Positions 38,379 to 51,514 are shown, numbered from the stretch's first letter. The stretch: DNA of 64,000 nt from Octopus vulgaris (GCA_951406725.2 OX597815.1:198400001-198464000); one strand, 5' to 3'. Made by a program: numbers and translations. The notes: generated from the letters alone by a model not told the origin.

Positions 38379-39618
38379 TCAGGTCATCCCATAAGTTCTG
38401 TCCGGATTTTGAATCAAGAAATTAAGTGATCAAATGTTATATTTAATTGAAATTTAATCATCAATGTACTTTCATTGATTATCTATGACTTCCTTCCATT
38501 TTTTACAAGCTTTTTAATCCCATCAATGTAAAAACTCTTTTGGTTTCAAAGCGAAGAACTCTGAAATGTCAGTTTCGACCTCCTCCTGGTTTGCAAAAGT
38601 TGTGTCCCCCAAACGAGTCTGTAAACTACGAAATAAATGGTAGTCTGAAGGAGTAAAGTCGGGAGAATAAGGTGGATGAGGAATTTTTTTCCCAGCCAAG
38701 CTCTTCGATCTTCTGTGATGTGATCTTTGCAGTGTGGGGATCACGCATTCTCCTGATAAAATATCACTCCCTTTCGATTCACTGAAGCATGTCCTTAACG
38801 CTCTACTTGCTGACAGTAGACTTTAGGATTGATTGCTGCATTAGGTTGTAACAATTCAAAGTGAATTACTCCTTTGTAATCCTACCAGATAGAGATAAGA
38901 ACCTTTTTTTTTTTCCATGAAGTTCTCATCTCGGTTGTGTTTGAGCTTTTTTTCCCTTTGACCAAACCACTGTTTACGACGTTTAACATTTCGATAGAAG
39001 ATCAATTTTTCGTCACCAGTCACAAGTCTATCTAAAACGGGTGAAATGAGTTCGCGAGAATGGAGAGAATAGCAGATGTCAACTCGGGATTTGCGGTTGC
39101 TTTCGGCCAATTCAGGAGGCACCCATTTTCCAAGTTTAGAAACCTTTTCAAGATGTTGACGATGAACAGTTGCCAATTCTTCAACGGATAATGCAGGATT
39201 TTGTTCCTGTAATACCTCAAGGAGCTTATCATGAAACTCAACGTCCTTTTTGATCTTCATCTTCATGGCTGAAATCTCCAGTTCTGAATTATGCAAACCA
39301 TCTTCTGCAAGTTCTTTCATTCAAGCATTCTATCCAATAAACTGAGAGTATGTTTCGAGTCGCTTCGGCTGCAGAGTTTCCTTTTTGGTACTCATAAAGC
39401 ATTACGTGCTTCGAATGCTCTTTGGATCCTTCCATGTTAGAAAGGGTGTTAATCAAAGAAATTTTAAATCTTTTATCCTGCAAAATAATATTTAATTAGT
39501 TTAAATGTACACAAATGCCTAAATATAATTTTTCATTCCATTCGTCATTATAAAATACTATTAAATTTCATTCAATTTTAAAAAAGTAAAATCGAAGAGA
39601 ACTTATGGGATGACCTGA
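38379..39618 (-). mobile_element. Mariner DNA transposon, full-length (1240 bp), defective
   Basis: TIRs tcaggtcatcccataagttct / agaacttatgggatgacctga, with TA on both flanks. Confidence 0.95.
38454..39435 (-). pseudogene. Mariner transposase pseudogene
   Basis: Frameshifted segments carry diagnostic motifs: MLYEYQKGNSAAEATRNI..ERTCRRWF, GKWVPPEL (WVPHEL), VTGDEK and HPPYSPDFTPSDYHLFRSL. Confidence 0.93.
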
Positions 39619-40413
39619 TATATATGCCGCATGCTCAGGTATGTATGGTGAACAGCTAAATGGCAATTTATGTATTGCACAAAAGGCATTCGATTAAAGG
39701 TACTAATCATCCACTTCCATGAAAATTGATTTGATGGCAAACATGCAAGTATATTCTAGAAAATCGCCAAGGGTCTTTCGCCAACTCCATAACTCTGAAA
39801 TGAATTGAATTATGTAAGACGAGAGAATCTAGTTTGGCTTTCCTTAGAGATCTACTATTACACAGAAGTGCCGTCCTTATTTCTTTAATGATAACGGAGC
39901 GGGTTAGTATGCGTAGAGGATAACGGAATCGCTCTCATCAGCATAAATTATGTGAATATGATAAACGAACCTCATATATACTTCCTCTTTCCTATTGATT
40001 AAAAATAAATTCCTTTTCTATTGAATTTGATAAATGAGACATGATTTGCGGGTTAAATTAAACTGCAATATGTGATCATATTCCACGTTGTAACGTCTTC
40101 CCTTTAGTTGTATTGTGAAAACTATCAATGAATATCTTTATTTTCCTTTCAACACTTCTGAGATCCTTTGTAAAGAGTTTCTAATTCAATATTGGTGTAT
40201 TTCATACGACATATTATATTAGCTACAATTTTGTCGGCCTTACCAAATTTAATTTGCGTCTGACTAGACAAAGAAAACATACGATCACTTTATATTACTG
40301 GTATATAAATTAATGTGTACTTCGTAGATATGAAATAAGACATAAAATCCGGTTTTTCTATATCTATCTCTCTCTCTCGGTATCTATCAATCTATCTCTC
40401 TATCTATCTCCTT

Positions 40414-40513
<100 letters not shown>

Positions 40514-40547
40514 TATATGCATCTCTTTATACAAATATGAATGTATG

Positions 40548-40587
<40 letters not shown>

Positions 40588-41665
40588 TATGTGTGTCTGT
40601 GTGAGTGTGTGTGTATACATCTATACATTTATAAATATGTGTATACAATTGTTTGTATATATGTATAAGTACTAAAATAAATATAATGGAAAATAGCAAT
40701 CAATTGGGCGCACAAATCATTCTATTTGCCCTCAGCATTAGTTTGTATGTAAACAGTGATACACAATATTCTTTCTTAATAAGTCAAATCAGTTCAATGA
40801 AGACACACAATTCACAAGCACTGCATTACTTGTCACATCTTATTAGCTACGCATAAGATTTGATTTTCAGATTAGCAGCGTAAGCATACTTACTTTTTCT
40901 TCTATAAAAGTAGAAATCTAATTGACCCAAATGTCTTTTATAATTCCGTCTGAGATATGTGTTTGTTAAAACAATCTCTATTCCATTACTCTGTTTATTT
41001 GGTCTTATTTGATGAAGAGCATCCATGATTTGACTCACTTTTATCAGAAACGTAATTGTAGAAAATCACTAGCTAGGTTAGGATTAACTAATGGATTTAT
41101 TTTTACTTATTACGTATGCTGAACGATGCAGTTTTATTTCTTTGCTTTCTCTGTTCACGAGCACCGTCTTTCGTAAAAGATTCTATTGGAAACGCGACTG
41201 GATTGCTGGTTGTAGTTATTTTCTACAGTTGAATTTAACGATGATTTACGGGAATAAAAGATATCTAAATATTCATTCAATCCACAAGCTGCTATTTTTA
41301 TCGGTATGGCATTTATTCATAATTATATAGTAGCAACTATTGTTATCATCAAACAAACAAGCGTTCCTTCGCTTATTTCTCAAGCTCTCCAAAATATTTC
41401 TGTTTATGTTTCATGTATATATATATATATATAATTTATATAAATAAGTGTAAGATCGTTATTTAATTGCCTATCTTATCTGGCCAGCATGGGAATAAAA
41501 ACCTTCAAAGGACATAATTATTTTTAAAATTATCATTTAGGGTATCTAAGAGATACCACTACGCTGCAAATAGCAGCCGAAACTTGACTTTAAAATCACG
41601 TTAAATGTTCATAAAGCACCAGGAGAGAAGACAAAGAGACAAAATTAACTAGCAAAAAAATTGCT

Positions 41666-41719
<54 letters not shown>

Positions 41720-41758
41720 TTGATCAAAATAGAATAAAAACATGATGCGAAGGACTCA

Positions 41759-41836
41759 GCGGTACATATGTTTCGGGCCTTTATTAGACAGATTTATAAC
41801 AAAGCATAATGTATGTCTGTGGCCTTCTTCAGCCGC
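41759..41836 (-). ncRNA. Type I hammerhead ribozyme motif (mirror copy)
   Basis: Exact reverse complement of 42215-42292. Confidence 0.82.
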
Positions 41837-42214
41837 GCACAACAGCTTCCACAAGGACATGTGTTACATCAAAATTCTTGGTTGGGGATGCAAATCCTCT
41901 CGTTCACGTACGACATAATGCGGCAGCAGCATAGAATTGAAGCGTCCATCTCTTTTCTTCTCTCAATGTAGAATGAGGAAAATTGGATGTTGAGGTAATG
42001 TAAATAAATAAATACATATATACACCTCTATATATGTATTTATTTATTTACATTACCTCAACATCCAATTTTCCTCATTCTACATTGAGAGAAGAAAGAG
42101 ATGGACGCTTCAATTCTATGCTGCTGCCGCATTATGTCGTACGTGAACGAGAGGATTTGCATCCCCAACCAAGAATTTTTGATGTAACACATGTCCTTGT
42201 GGAAGCTGTTGTGC

Positions 42215-42292
42215 GCGGCTGAAGAAGGCCACAGACATACATTATGCTTTGTTATAAATCTGTCTAATAAAGGCCCGAAACATATGTACCGC
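42215..42292 (+). ncRNA. Type I hammerhead ribozyme motif
   Basis: gcgg-CTGAAGA-aggcc acaga...tctgt...ggccc-GAAAC-atat-GTA-ccgc. Perfect stem I, extended stem II, palindromic stem III acatatgt, GUA triplet. Confidence 0.85.
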
Positions 42293-42399
42293 TGAGTCCT
42301 TCGCATCATGTTTTTATTCTATTTTGATCAATTTACTCCACCACCTACACCACCAAACGGTATACACAGGTGCTTATAATTATCAAGTACTCACCCCGA

Positions 42400-42443
<44 letters not shown>

Positions 42444-42550
42444 GATAATATTATATATATATATATATATATAAGCAATTCAACATACGATATACTTACA
42501 TATACGAACGTATACATGCATATATATGTACGGATGCATACAACCAGTAT

Positions 42551-42606
42551 ATTCCACTGATGAAGGCAATGCATTTCTTGTGCAGAGCCAGAAATTCGGG
42601 ATCTGG

Positions 42607-42609
<3 letters not shown>
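42551..42609 (+). ncRNA. Type I hammerhead ribozyme motif next to a (TA)n tract
   Basis: attcca-CTGATGA-aggcaatgca...tgcagagcca-GAAA-ttcggg-ATC-tggaat, with a 6-bp stem I and AUC triplet. Confidence 0.72.
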
Positions 42610-42670
<61 letters not shown>

Positions 42671-42774
42671 GCACATACATGCATTAATGCACTCGTTTAT
42701 ATATCTACATTTTCATGAAGTCAAAATACGTCTGTAACACAACTAAAGTGTTTCACTGTTCATCATCAACTCAG

Positions 42775-43050
42775 TGACTTAGCAGTTAGTTTTTTCGGCT
42801 CCCAATCATAGGGTCATAAGTTCAATTCCCGGCAACGCGTTGTATCTTTGAACAAAATACTTCATTTCAAGTTGCTCCAGTCCACCCAGCTGGCTATCAT
42901 GTGTACTATCTGTATTTCAAAAGCCCCTAAGGGCTATATTAAGGGTACACGTGTCTGTGGAGTGCTCGGCCACTTGTACTTTAATTTCACCAGCAGGCTG
43001 TTTCCGTTGATTGGATAAGCTGGAACACTTGTCGTAATCGACGGAGTGCC
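42775..43050 (+). mobile_element. Degenerate SINE D head with the tail of the 27480-27862 copy
   Basis: aacgcgttgtatctttgaacaaaatacttcatttcaagttgctccagtccacccagctgg, then aagggtacacgtgtctgtggagtgctc...cgacggagtgc. Confidence 0.75.
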
Positions 43051-43659
43051 ATCAACTCAGTTTTAACACCACTTTAAAATAAATGCCTTCTGCAAAAGAA
43101 AAAAGGAAAAGACAGAAATGAACAAACCGAAAATAATATTAGCGCCAATATTCTCTTTCCTCTAATATCGTGAAAAAGCAAAAGGATATTTAGGATGTTT
43201 TTATTAATGTAAATGAATATTTCCTTATTTTTGAAATTAAAATCTTTTTATGGCAGTAAGCTGGAAGCGATCCTTTCATCCAAACCAAGCGGATACTCAA
43301 ACCACTCCAGCTTGGATATATCATCCTTATGCTTTGCGATAAAGGGGTTAAATACACTATTAGTAACAGGAGTGATTCGTGGATTCAATCCTAATAAAAT
43401 ACAATTAAAACAATTGCACTCGAAGACGATATGAGAACACGACTATCGAAGCATAGTGTAAATACGCACAATGCTTTAATCAATAGATTGATCACAGTTA
43501 CCATCATGTAGTGCAATGACTTTATCGTATCAACTAAGTCATCGAAGCATTATACTGTTCTGAAAAGAGCTGTACATCGTTATACCAGATACCTCTCGGT
43601 TTGCAAATAGTACAAAACTCACAAATAGTAAATGAATGTATGCACAAGATTGTAAGAAC

Positions 43660-43895
43660 GGCTATATAATATTATTGAGCAACATGCTTACATTTCTGAC
43701 GTAACCTCTAGTGATTTCCATCTTTCTTCATATTGGAAGTCTCTGTAATTGGATGTAACGACAATGAAGAGAAGGACATAGTTTATCATTGATTAGTTTC
43801 GTGATGTGGACAGTATATGCTATACCGAGTGTCTTGAGAAAAACCAATATTGAATTGGTAAATATATGTTGACAGAAGAGAGAATTACAGAAGAA
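43660..43895 (+). pseudogene. Highly degraded mariner C-terminal fragment
   Basis: YNIIEQHAYISDVTSSDFHL resembles HPPYSPDLAPSDFHL; KYVDRRENY resembles KCV...GDY. Confidence 0.4.
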
Positions 43896-44398
43896 ATCTC
43901 TATTCATGAACTCAAAACCATTATTTTATCGCTTTCTAGGTTTACATTTTAACGGCGAATACGAGAGGCTACTGTAGCTTTAAAAGAAAGAAAATCAAGA
44001 AGACAGAAGTGAATAACTGACTTTATCGAATTGACAGGAATAAAATAAAAAAAAAAAATAGAACCTGCAGAAGTGGAATTTGAGCTCAGGAACATGATGC
44101 AACTTAACTGCATTTCTGCCTTTTTCACTTCTTAAACATACTACACAAGACGACTTTTTTTTTTTTCTTTCGCTTTCTGAAATCGATCTGAAGAAAATGG
44201 TTCTAATTCAAAAAAGAAATATTGTAAATTATGGTTATGTCGCATTAAATCATGCTTCATAAAAGTGAGAAGGTCGAGGCAATGTGTATTAAATTACGGT
44301 CCTGTATGTTATGAGTTCGAAAATATAGCTGGTGTTTCACTGTCTCTGCGCAATAAATGTCGTTTGAAAGCGCATTTTTTTTTTTTTGTTTTTACTAG

Positions 44399-44512
44399 AT
44401 ATATTTCAAATCATCTTCTAAATGCCCACGTAGCCGGATCCGCTTATAGCATGTCACTTTTGACCGCTATATTTGATCATGTCCAGAATCCAGTAATACT
44501 ATCATTTATTTC
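44399..44512 (+). other. Candidate spliced exon (114 nt)
   Basis: Long poly-T tract with tag acceptor and gtaagt donor. One open frame, YISNHLLNAHVAGSAYSMSLLTAIFDHVQNPVILSFI; no homology recognised. Confidence 0.35.
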
Positions 44513-45051
44513 GTAAGTATATTTGATTACAGACCTGATATTCTGGTAAGCGTGCGGTAGTTTATTTTACATTTCTACCATGAAGTGAATAAATCCGATA
44601 CTATATAGACATTGTTCCTGGAGCAATTGCCCCCATTGTGGGCTGTAAATCTGCCTTATCTTTGACCTTCAATTTGATTCCATTCAAATTGACTTCGTAT
44701 ATGTTTCATTGACGAAACGCACTAGAAGATGCATGGAAATCGTTACTATCATTTTTCCTTGCTTAAACTAAAATTAAGCTACTCTTATCTCAACGCTAGC
44801 TACTGATTGAACATTCACTTTGTTACTCAATCTATATTTATGAGATATGGTTCCTTTACATAGCGGTAAATATCTTCTAATAATGTCCTCTCATCGGTTT
44901 TGACTGAGAATATATTGACCATTATATATGGGAAAAATCCAGGTATGTCGTAGCTAGAATACCTTTGATTGTACCTTAGTTAAGTGAGAGTCAACGTTGT
45001 ACTAAATATCACAATATTTGTGTTCTTTTTGTATGTTAAGGATATGTAGAG

Positions 45052-45369
45052 TGGAGGCGCAATGGCCCAGAGGTTAGGGCAGCGGACTTGCGGTCGGAGG
45101 ATCACAGTTTCGATTCCCAGACCAGCATTGTGTTTTTTTGAGCGAAAACACATTTAGCTCGACGAGGCTCCGGCAGGGGGTGGTGGCGACCCCTTTGTAC
45201 TCTTTCGCCCCAACTTTCTCTCACACTTTCTTCCTCTGTCTTGAGTAACGCTGCGATGGACTGGCATCCCATCCAGCTGGGGAGAACCCATACGCCACAG
45301 AAACCGGGAAACCGGGCCCATGAGCCTGGCTAGGCTTGAAAAGGGCGCCTAAATAAATAAATAATAAGT
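45052..45369 (+). mobile_element. SINE family C head with V-domain-like tail
   Basis: Tail ctgcgatggactggcatcccatccag...aaagggcgcc(taaa)n. 10-bp TSD atatgtagag at 45042-45051 and 45370-45379. Confidence 0.9.
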
Positions 45370-45843
45370 ATATGTAGAGGGGTTCCCTTTACGAGATTTC
45401 GTGGAGTTAAAAGTATGAGATATATTTCTTCTGAATAGTATACATTTTTTTTAATGGTAGGAAGGACCTAGCATGTTTCGCAAGCCCTAAAGAAACGCAT
45501 TAACTTTTACAGCCTTCGTGTTGCCCACCGGTGCATTATTCATCTATACGACCGACGAGTGAATGAATGAGCTTCTGCTATTTTACTTGAGCTGCTAGAA
45601 TTAGTTGCCAAATCTTCGTCAGGTTACGAACTTCATCTTCAGAATGAAAGGATCCGTTGACTAATGTAATCCTTCGTTCATTGAAAACACACGTGAGACC
45701 AATATAAGTTGTCCATAAATAATATTTTTCATCGATTAGTATTGCTATATACCTACACAACGAATTTGGTGAATCAACGTGGAGGTCATCCCTCTATATA
45801 TTCGATCAATCTGCAGCCATGTCTTTCTAGCTTAATGTCATAC

Positions 45844-46073
45844 ATATTTCTTTATTACACGCAAGGGGCTAAACATAGAAGGGACAAAGACAGACATAGG
45901 TATTAAGTCGATTACATCGACCCCAGTGCGTAACTGGTACTTAACTTATCGACTCCGAAAGGATGAAAGGCAAAGTCGACCTCGGCGGAATTGGAACTCA
46001 CAACGTAACGGCAGACGAATTACGGCTACGCATTTCGCCCGGCGTGCTAACGTTTCTGCCAGCTCGCCGCCTT
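45844..46073 (-). mobile_element. SINE family A monomer
   Basis: Full head and body; flanking direct repeat atgtcatac. Confidence 0.9.
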
Positions 46074-46348
46074 CATGTCATACCATACAATCAAACCGGT
46101 ATTACTAAATTTTTTTCTACCTTTAAAAGTTTCATCCCTGGTGGTAGAGCAGGTTTGATTTCAAAGCAGTTTTGATAATCCTAATTTATTGCAGATTTCT
46201 TAGTCACTAAATTTAATATGGGAAGGACTAGTGCAATGATTGGAAGTTTATTGAATTCAAAATACCGAAATGAAACTTTGATTGTGGAAGTTTAATGGCT
46301 TTTACCGTGACTGAAGCAATGACAAGGTCATGATATAATTGAATACTA

Positions 46349-46586
46349 AAAAAAAGGAAATAAATGCGCCTTTTTAAAGCCTAGCTAGGCTCATAGGCCC
46401 GGTTTCCCGGGCTCAATGGCGTATGTGTTCCCCAGATGGACTCATTTTTGCCAGCTGAGTGGAGTGGTGCAACGTGAAATGAAGTGTTTTGCTCAAGAAC
46501 ACAACGCGTTGCCCGATCCAAGAATCAAAACCACAATATTACGATCATGATGCTGACACCTTAACCACTAAGTCACGAGCCTCCAC
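46349..46586 (-). mobile_element. SINE family D head with V-like tail (internal deletion)
   Basis: 12-bp TSD aattgaatacta at 46337-46348 and 46587-46598. Confidence 0.88.
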
Positions 46587-46899
46587 AATTGAATACTATA
46601 GTTTCTTTATTCATTTTTTAATTTAAAAGTCTCCAAACAAAAACGTATCTTAATAAGACTGAAGAGTATTCCCCTCTTCTGCTTTCATTTTAGGGATTTC
46701 CATTCCCTTAGTTTTCCAACTTTTTGAATCAGATGAACATCCATATTTTCATCGATTTTCCTCAGAAATATCTTTATAAAATCTTTAGCAAAATTACGTT
46801 TAGCTAATGGATTTCCTTTCACAAATTACATGTGTCTATAGATACAGATTTTAATCTGTGGCTTCCATAGCGCTAAGCATAATCTTCATATATATGTAC

Positions 46900-46930
<31 letters not shown>

Positions 46931-46943
46931 ACCCAAACCCACA

Positions 46944-46986
<43 letters not shown>

Positions 46987-46992
46987 CCCACA

Positions 46993-47049
<57 letters not shown>

Positions 47050-47696
47050 GTATATATATCTATATTTATCCATATATATGTGTATCTTTAGGATTAAATA
47101 AAATGACAACAAACACAAAAATTACATATATGTACTTTGAAAAAACGACTAGAAAATAATAATTAGTTGCCACACGTTTTCTTTTTCATTACATATATAG
47201 GTAGCTTATATTTTCCCTTTATGGTCTTTGTATTTAATCCGGAATATATTTACATAAGGCACACACTCACTAAATTTTTTACCTATGCATATATATATAT
47301 ATATTCACATATATATATGTGTGTGTGTGTAATAGATATATTTATGCGTATGTCTATATATATATGTCTCTATATACTTTACTGAAGAGCAGTAAAATAT
47401 CACAAAGTCTGTTACTAAACTGTGTGTTTGTGTGTAACTATATGTGTGTGTGTATATATATTTATATATATATACACACACATACATTCATATATATATA
47501 TATATATAGTGTGAAGTATATTTGCCAGTTAAATGTGGCTAACCCTTAAGGGTGGATGCTACTGTAGCTTGTAGCCCTAGGAGGACACCTCCTCCAGCTG
47601 GCTATTGACAAACTTTATGTGCCCTATCAGTATTTGCAAAGGGAAGTCATCCTTCCCATTTTCAACCTGTATGATACACACGGACTCGGTTTTCTG

Positions 47697-47755
<59 letters not shown>

Positions 47756-48260
47756 TTACACAGTTCATTAAATCCATTATGAGGTAGTTGAAGAATGGAG
47801 GTTTGTTGAATCTGAACTCTTGTAGTTAGTTATTAGCATGACTTCCACGTGTCTGCCTGTTCGGCTAGTTGACCGCCGGTGTAATCTGAGGGAGTTACCC
47901 TTTATTATGTTTCTCCGGCGTGGTAAATAGGAGCTATGTGTCACTAGCTTATAGGTTGTGGGTAGTTCGTATCTTTGTAAAGGAAGCCGTGAATAAGGGT
48001 AAAGTTTATATCTAACAAGAGTACGCTATAGCGTGTAAAGACAAAGTATTTGAATAATATTTAGGTTTGACGAGTGCAATGAAAAGGAAATAAAAATGAT
48101 AAAAGAGGGGTAATTTAACGTGTAGGGAGTGTTGGTAGTTCTCGACTGAAAAGAATTATAGGAAAAAGTTAGGCTAGCATCAAAAGTAGATTAAGACAAC
48201 GAAATGATAAATAATAACCCCACACAACATAACACAAGCACAGAGAAACTGAATAATTTA

Positions 48261-48680
48261 TGTAGCTGCAGAGACAGAAATAAGTGTCAATTCTCCAATA
48301 GGTGTAAAACAAACAATGTAATATACCAGTGCAACGAAAAATGAAATGATACTGAGACGAAAACTCACATGATACTTAGACGAAAAATGACATGACACTT
48401 AGACGAAGAATAAAATGATACTTAGATACGATTCCCACCAATCTACATTTAGAAATAGAAGTAAAGGAAACTCTACAGGATTTAGTAGCTACATCTGGGA
48501 ATTAAAAGAAAAGAGACATCAACTATAGTTTAGAATGGCATATCCTAGCTAAAACTTAGTCTTATACCATTAACAATAAGCGCTGTGAGCTCTGTATAAC
48601 TGAGAAACTAATAATTCTAATGACCAAATCACCTCCACTCAATAAAACATATGAAAATATTCTTTAGTTTCTGTAAAGGC
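48261..48680 (+). pseudogene. Penelope-like element GIY-YIG endonuclease relic
   Basis: CSCRDRNKCQFSNRCKTNNVIYQC, then RYDSHQSTFRN..STGFSSYIWELKEK / INYSLEWHILAK..KRCELCITEKLII..LNK. This is the Cys-rich linker plus VIY and RY..H..F pattern of PLE endonucleases. Frameshifted. Confidence 0.75.
48336..48430. repeat. Four-copy 23-bp minisatellite
   Basis: gaaaaatgaaatgatactgagac / gaaaactcacatgatacttagac / gaaaaatgacatgacacttagac / gaagaataaaatgatacttagat. Confidence 0.85.
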
Positions 48681-49055
48681 CGATGCGTATTCTCTAAGTT
48701 TCGTTACATTCGCTCATTCTTGTATACACCACTATCTCATAGCTTAAATATTATTAGCAGACCTACTTATCACCGTATTACCTCTCCTTAACCTTCCCAA
48801 ACCAAACTAGTTTACGCCTATCTAACCTACATTATTTAATAATAAATAATTAATATGTCTTCAGTTGGCTGCTCTTTACCTATCCGGAAATATTGCCAGA
48901 AATATCAAAAGTTTTGTTTCTATGTAACCTATATATATATATAGAGAGAGAGAGATATAGATGTATGTGTGTATGTGACAAAAATGTGACCGCGTGTGTA
49001 CCGTAGCCGATTTTTTTCCTCCGTCTTCCCTTCCTTGGATCTTTCCTTTTCCTAT

Positions 49056-49090
49056 GTTTCTGACGAAGAGCTCCGCTCGAAACGTTAGAT
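49056..49090 (+). ncRNA. Minimal hammerhead motif in a PLE-LTR-like segment (about 48975-49195)
   Basis: gttt-CTGACGA-a-gagc(tcc)gctc-GAAAC-GTT-agat, with palindromic aacgtt. The segment ends in (TA)n. Confidence 0.7.
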
Positions 49091-51098
49091 CCTCCTTTTT
49101 TCTTTTCTTTCCTGAGCGTCCACTAACACTATACTTGTTCCACGTCCCCGTGTTGTTGTGTTTTCTCGTTGTGTTTTCATGTTTGGATTAACTTTATATA
49201 TATACATATACATATATATATATACATACATTTTTCAGATACATTTTAAATATATATATATATATATGTATGTGTATGAATATGCTTGTGTCTGACTGTA
49301 CTAGAATTGTCTCTAACTCCGATTACTAGGATTTCATTCAAATAGTTTACTCAAACTAACTTTACAATAGAATATACACATTCTAATTTCTTGTGCAATA
49401 TGATTGAACCCAGGGTCATCTTGTTGTAGAGGTGATGATTGAATGTCTCGTCTTGTCTGTGGCTCCTAAACAAGAAGTTGTTACGTAAATGACTGACTGG
49501 ATGTCATGAACCAAGTTTTTATATTCTAGCAATATATATCGGCGTCCTCGTGTTTATATTGTCTACGCAATTTATGTAAAACACTACTTTTTAGTATCGC
49601 TTGACAGACTGTTACTCACATATGTCACTCAAAAAGAAAAGGAAAACCGTGCAACCAAACAGCGTTTCTATAAATATGAAGGAGAGAATTTGTGTTAGAA
49701 ATTTATTACATAACTCAAACCTCAATTCTTATCGTAACGGCCCATAAACTACTGGATCATCGGAGAACTTGGGAGCGATTTGATTTCATTCTTCAATTTT
49801 AAAGTACATGTAATAGAATGTGTTTCTTTCAAACCCCGTTTTTTGATCGATGCGAAGATTTGACCTCAGCTCTGTAAACTAATATAAAACACATTAATTA
49901 TGTATTAAACACACAGAATATAATATCGGATATTCACATTCATGAAATGTGGTTTTTACTGAGAAATTGATAAATATATTGCCTTTTCTAAACACATAGT
50001 GCATTGCCGTTCGTAGTATGTATCTGTATGCATACATCAACGGCTTAGCGAACAGATTTGGCAAACCAACAGGAGATCTCTTATAACAGTGTTAAAAATC
50101 ATTTTCCATGGAACTGTGACCTTTAAATAACTATGAAAGATTATTTTTGCACAGATCTCGCCCACCCCAATATTATTAAAAATTCATGCAAACAAGCATA
50201 CAAAGAGAAACAAGATCACATACAACTCGTGCAAGTCGATAAAATAAATATGTCTATCAAATTCCGTTAAGAAATTGTATAAACATCCATGCGTAGCAAT
50301 AGATAAATCCAATCAATAACCGACAACCTGCACTTATTAGTACACATCCTCTATCCGTTTGTGCCTCACATACTCTCTAACATAGTCACATTTTATCATA
50401 TTCATAAATACACACATGTACTGAGTTATATACTTACAGACATAAAATCAGCTACACGTACGTCTGTGTCTGTGTGTATCTGCTGTGTAAAGTGAGTGTG
50501 TATTGTATAATCAAACAAAATATTATAGACTTTAATGCGTTGCCCAATAAAATAAATAACTCTCAAAAGAAATGAGATATAAAAGTAGACTAACAGTCAG
50601 AGTATGAAGTTGGCTTTACTATTTATAGCTGTGCTTATTCAACTACGTTATTTGATTAAAAAGGAAAATGATATATTGTTTGAATTATTCTTAGTTCATT
50701 TTTTTTTACTACAGTTTTAAGCGTCACATGAGGGGAATTTCTGTTTGTCTATATTTGTAATTGTGGTTAATATCAGGTAATTTCATGTAAGTAAAATTAA
50801 TTGAAGTTTTACATATTTCGAATGTAATGGTGCAGATTCCAAATGCAATACTACACAATTCGAAATTATTTAGTTTCATATCTAGGTTCGATATATATTT
50901 GGGAAAGCTAATAATAACGCTTTTGAATCAAGTAATTGCTGATGTAACGTACTGATTAACACCATATAAGTAACAGTCGTTATTGTCAAAAGCTGACTCT
51001 CTGGGAAATTCTCGTGAGGTAAGATTCATTTCCGAGTTCTGTCTATGTTTCATGGGGCCTGAGCGGTTTCGTGGAAGATTGTCTCCAAAGTGCGAGCT

Positions 51099-51514
51099 TA
51101 CTCTTTTATTCTTTTACTCTTTTACTTGTTTCACTCATTTGCTGGAGTACCGCCTTTTATCGAACAAATCGACCCCAGGACTTATTCTTTGTAAGCCTAG
51201 TATTTTCTCGGTCTCTTTTGCCGAACCGCTAAGTTACGGGGATGCAAACACACCACCATCGGTTGTCAAGCGATGTTGGGGGGACAAACACATAAACACA
51301 CACACACATTATATATATATATATACATATATATATATACACATATATACGACGGCTTCTTTCAGTTTCCGTCTACCAAATCCATTTACAAGGTTTTGGT
51401 CGGTTCGTGGCTATAATAGAAGACACACCTACCCAAGGTGCCACGCAGTGGGAATGAACCTGGAACCATATGGTTCGTAAGCGAGCTGCTTACCACTCAG
51501 CCACTCCTGCGCCT
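51099..51514 (-). mobile_element. SINE family B
   Basis: Reverse complement of the 34290-34756 element, with internal microsatellite. Confidence 0.9.

Larger units (their letters stand above)
41716..42405. mobile_element. Young fold-back mini-element: 307-bp arms, 6-nt loop, 70-bp tail, in (TA)n
   Basis: Arms 41716-42022 and 42029-42335 differ, as far as I can see, only at two homopolymer lengths. Loop cacctc; tail 42336-42405. Confidence 0.88.

Noticed and set aside
48336-48430. Regularly spaced 23-bp repeats as a CRISPR array
   Set aside because: Head-to-tail degenerate repeats with no unique spacers, no cas genes and a eukaryotic context.
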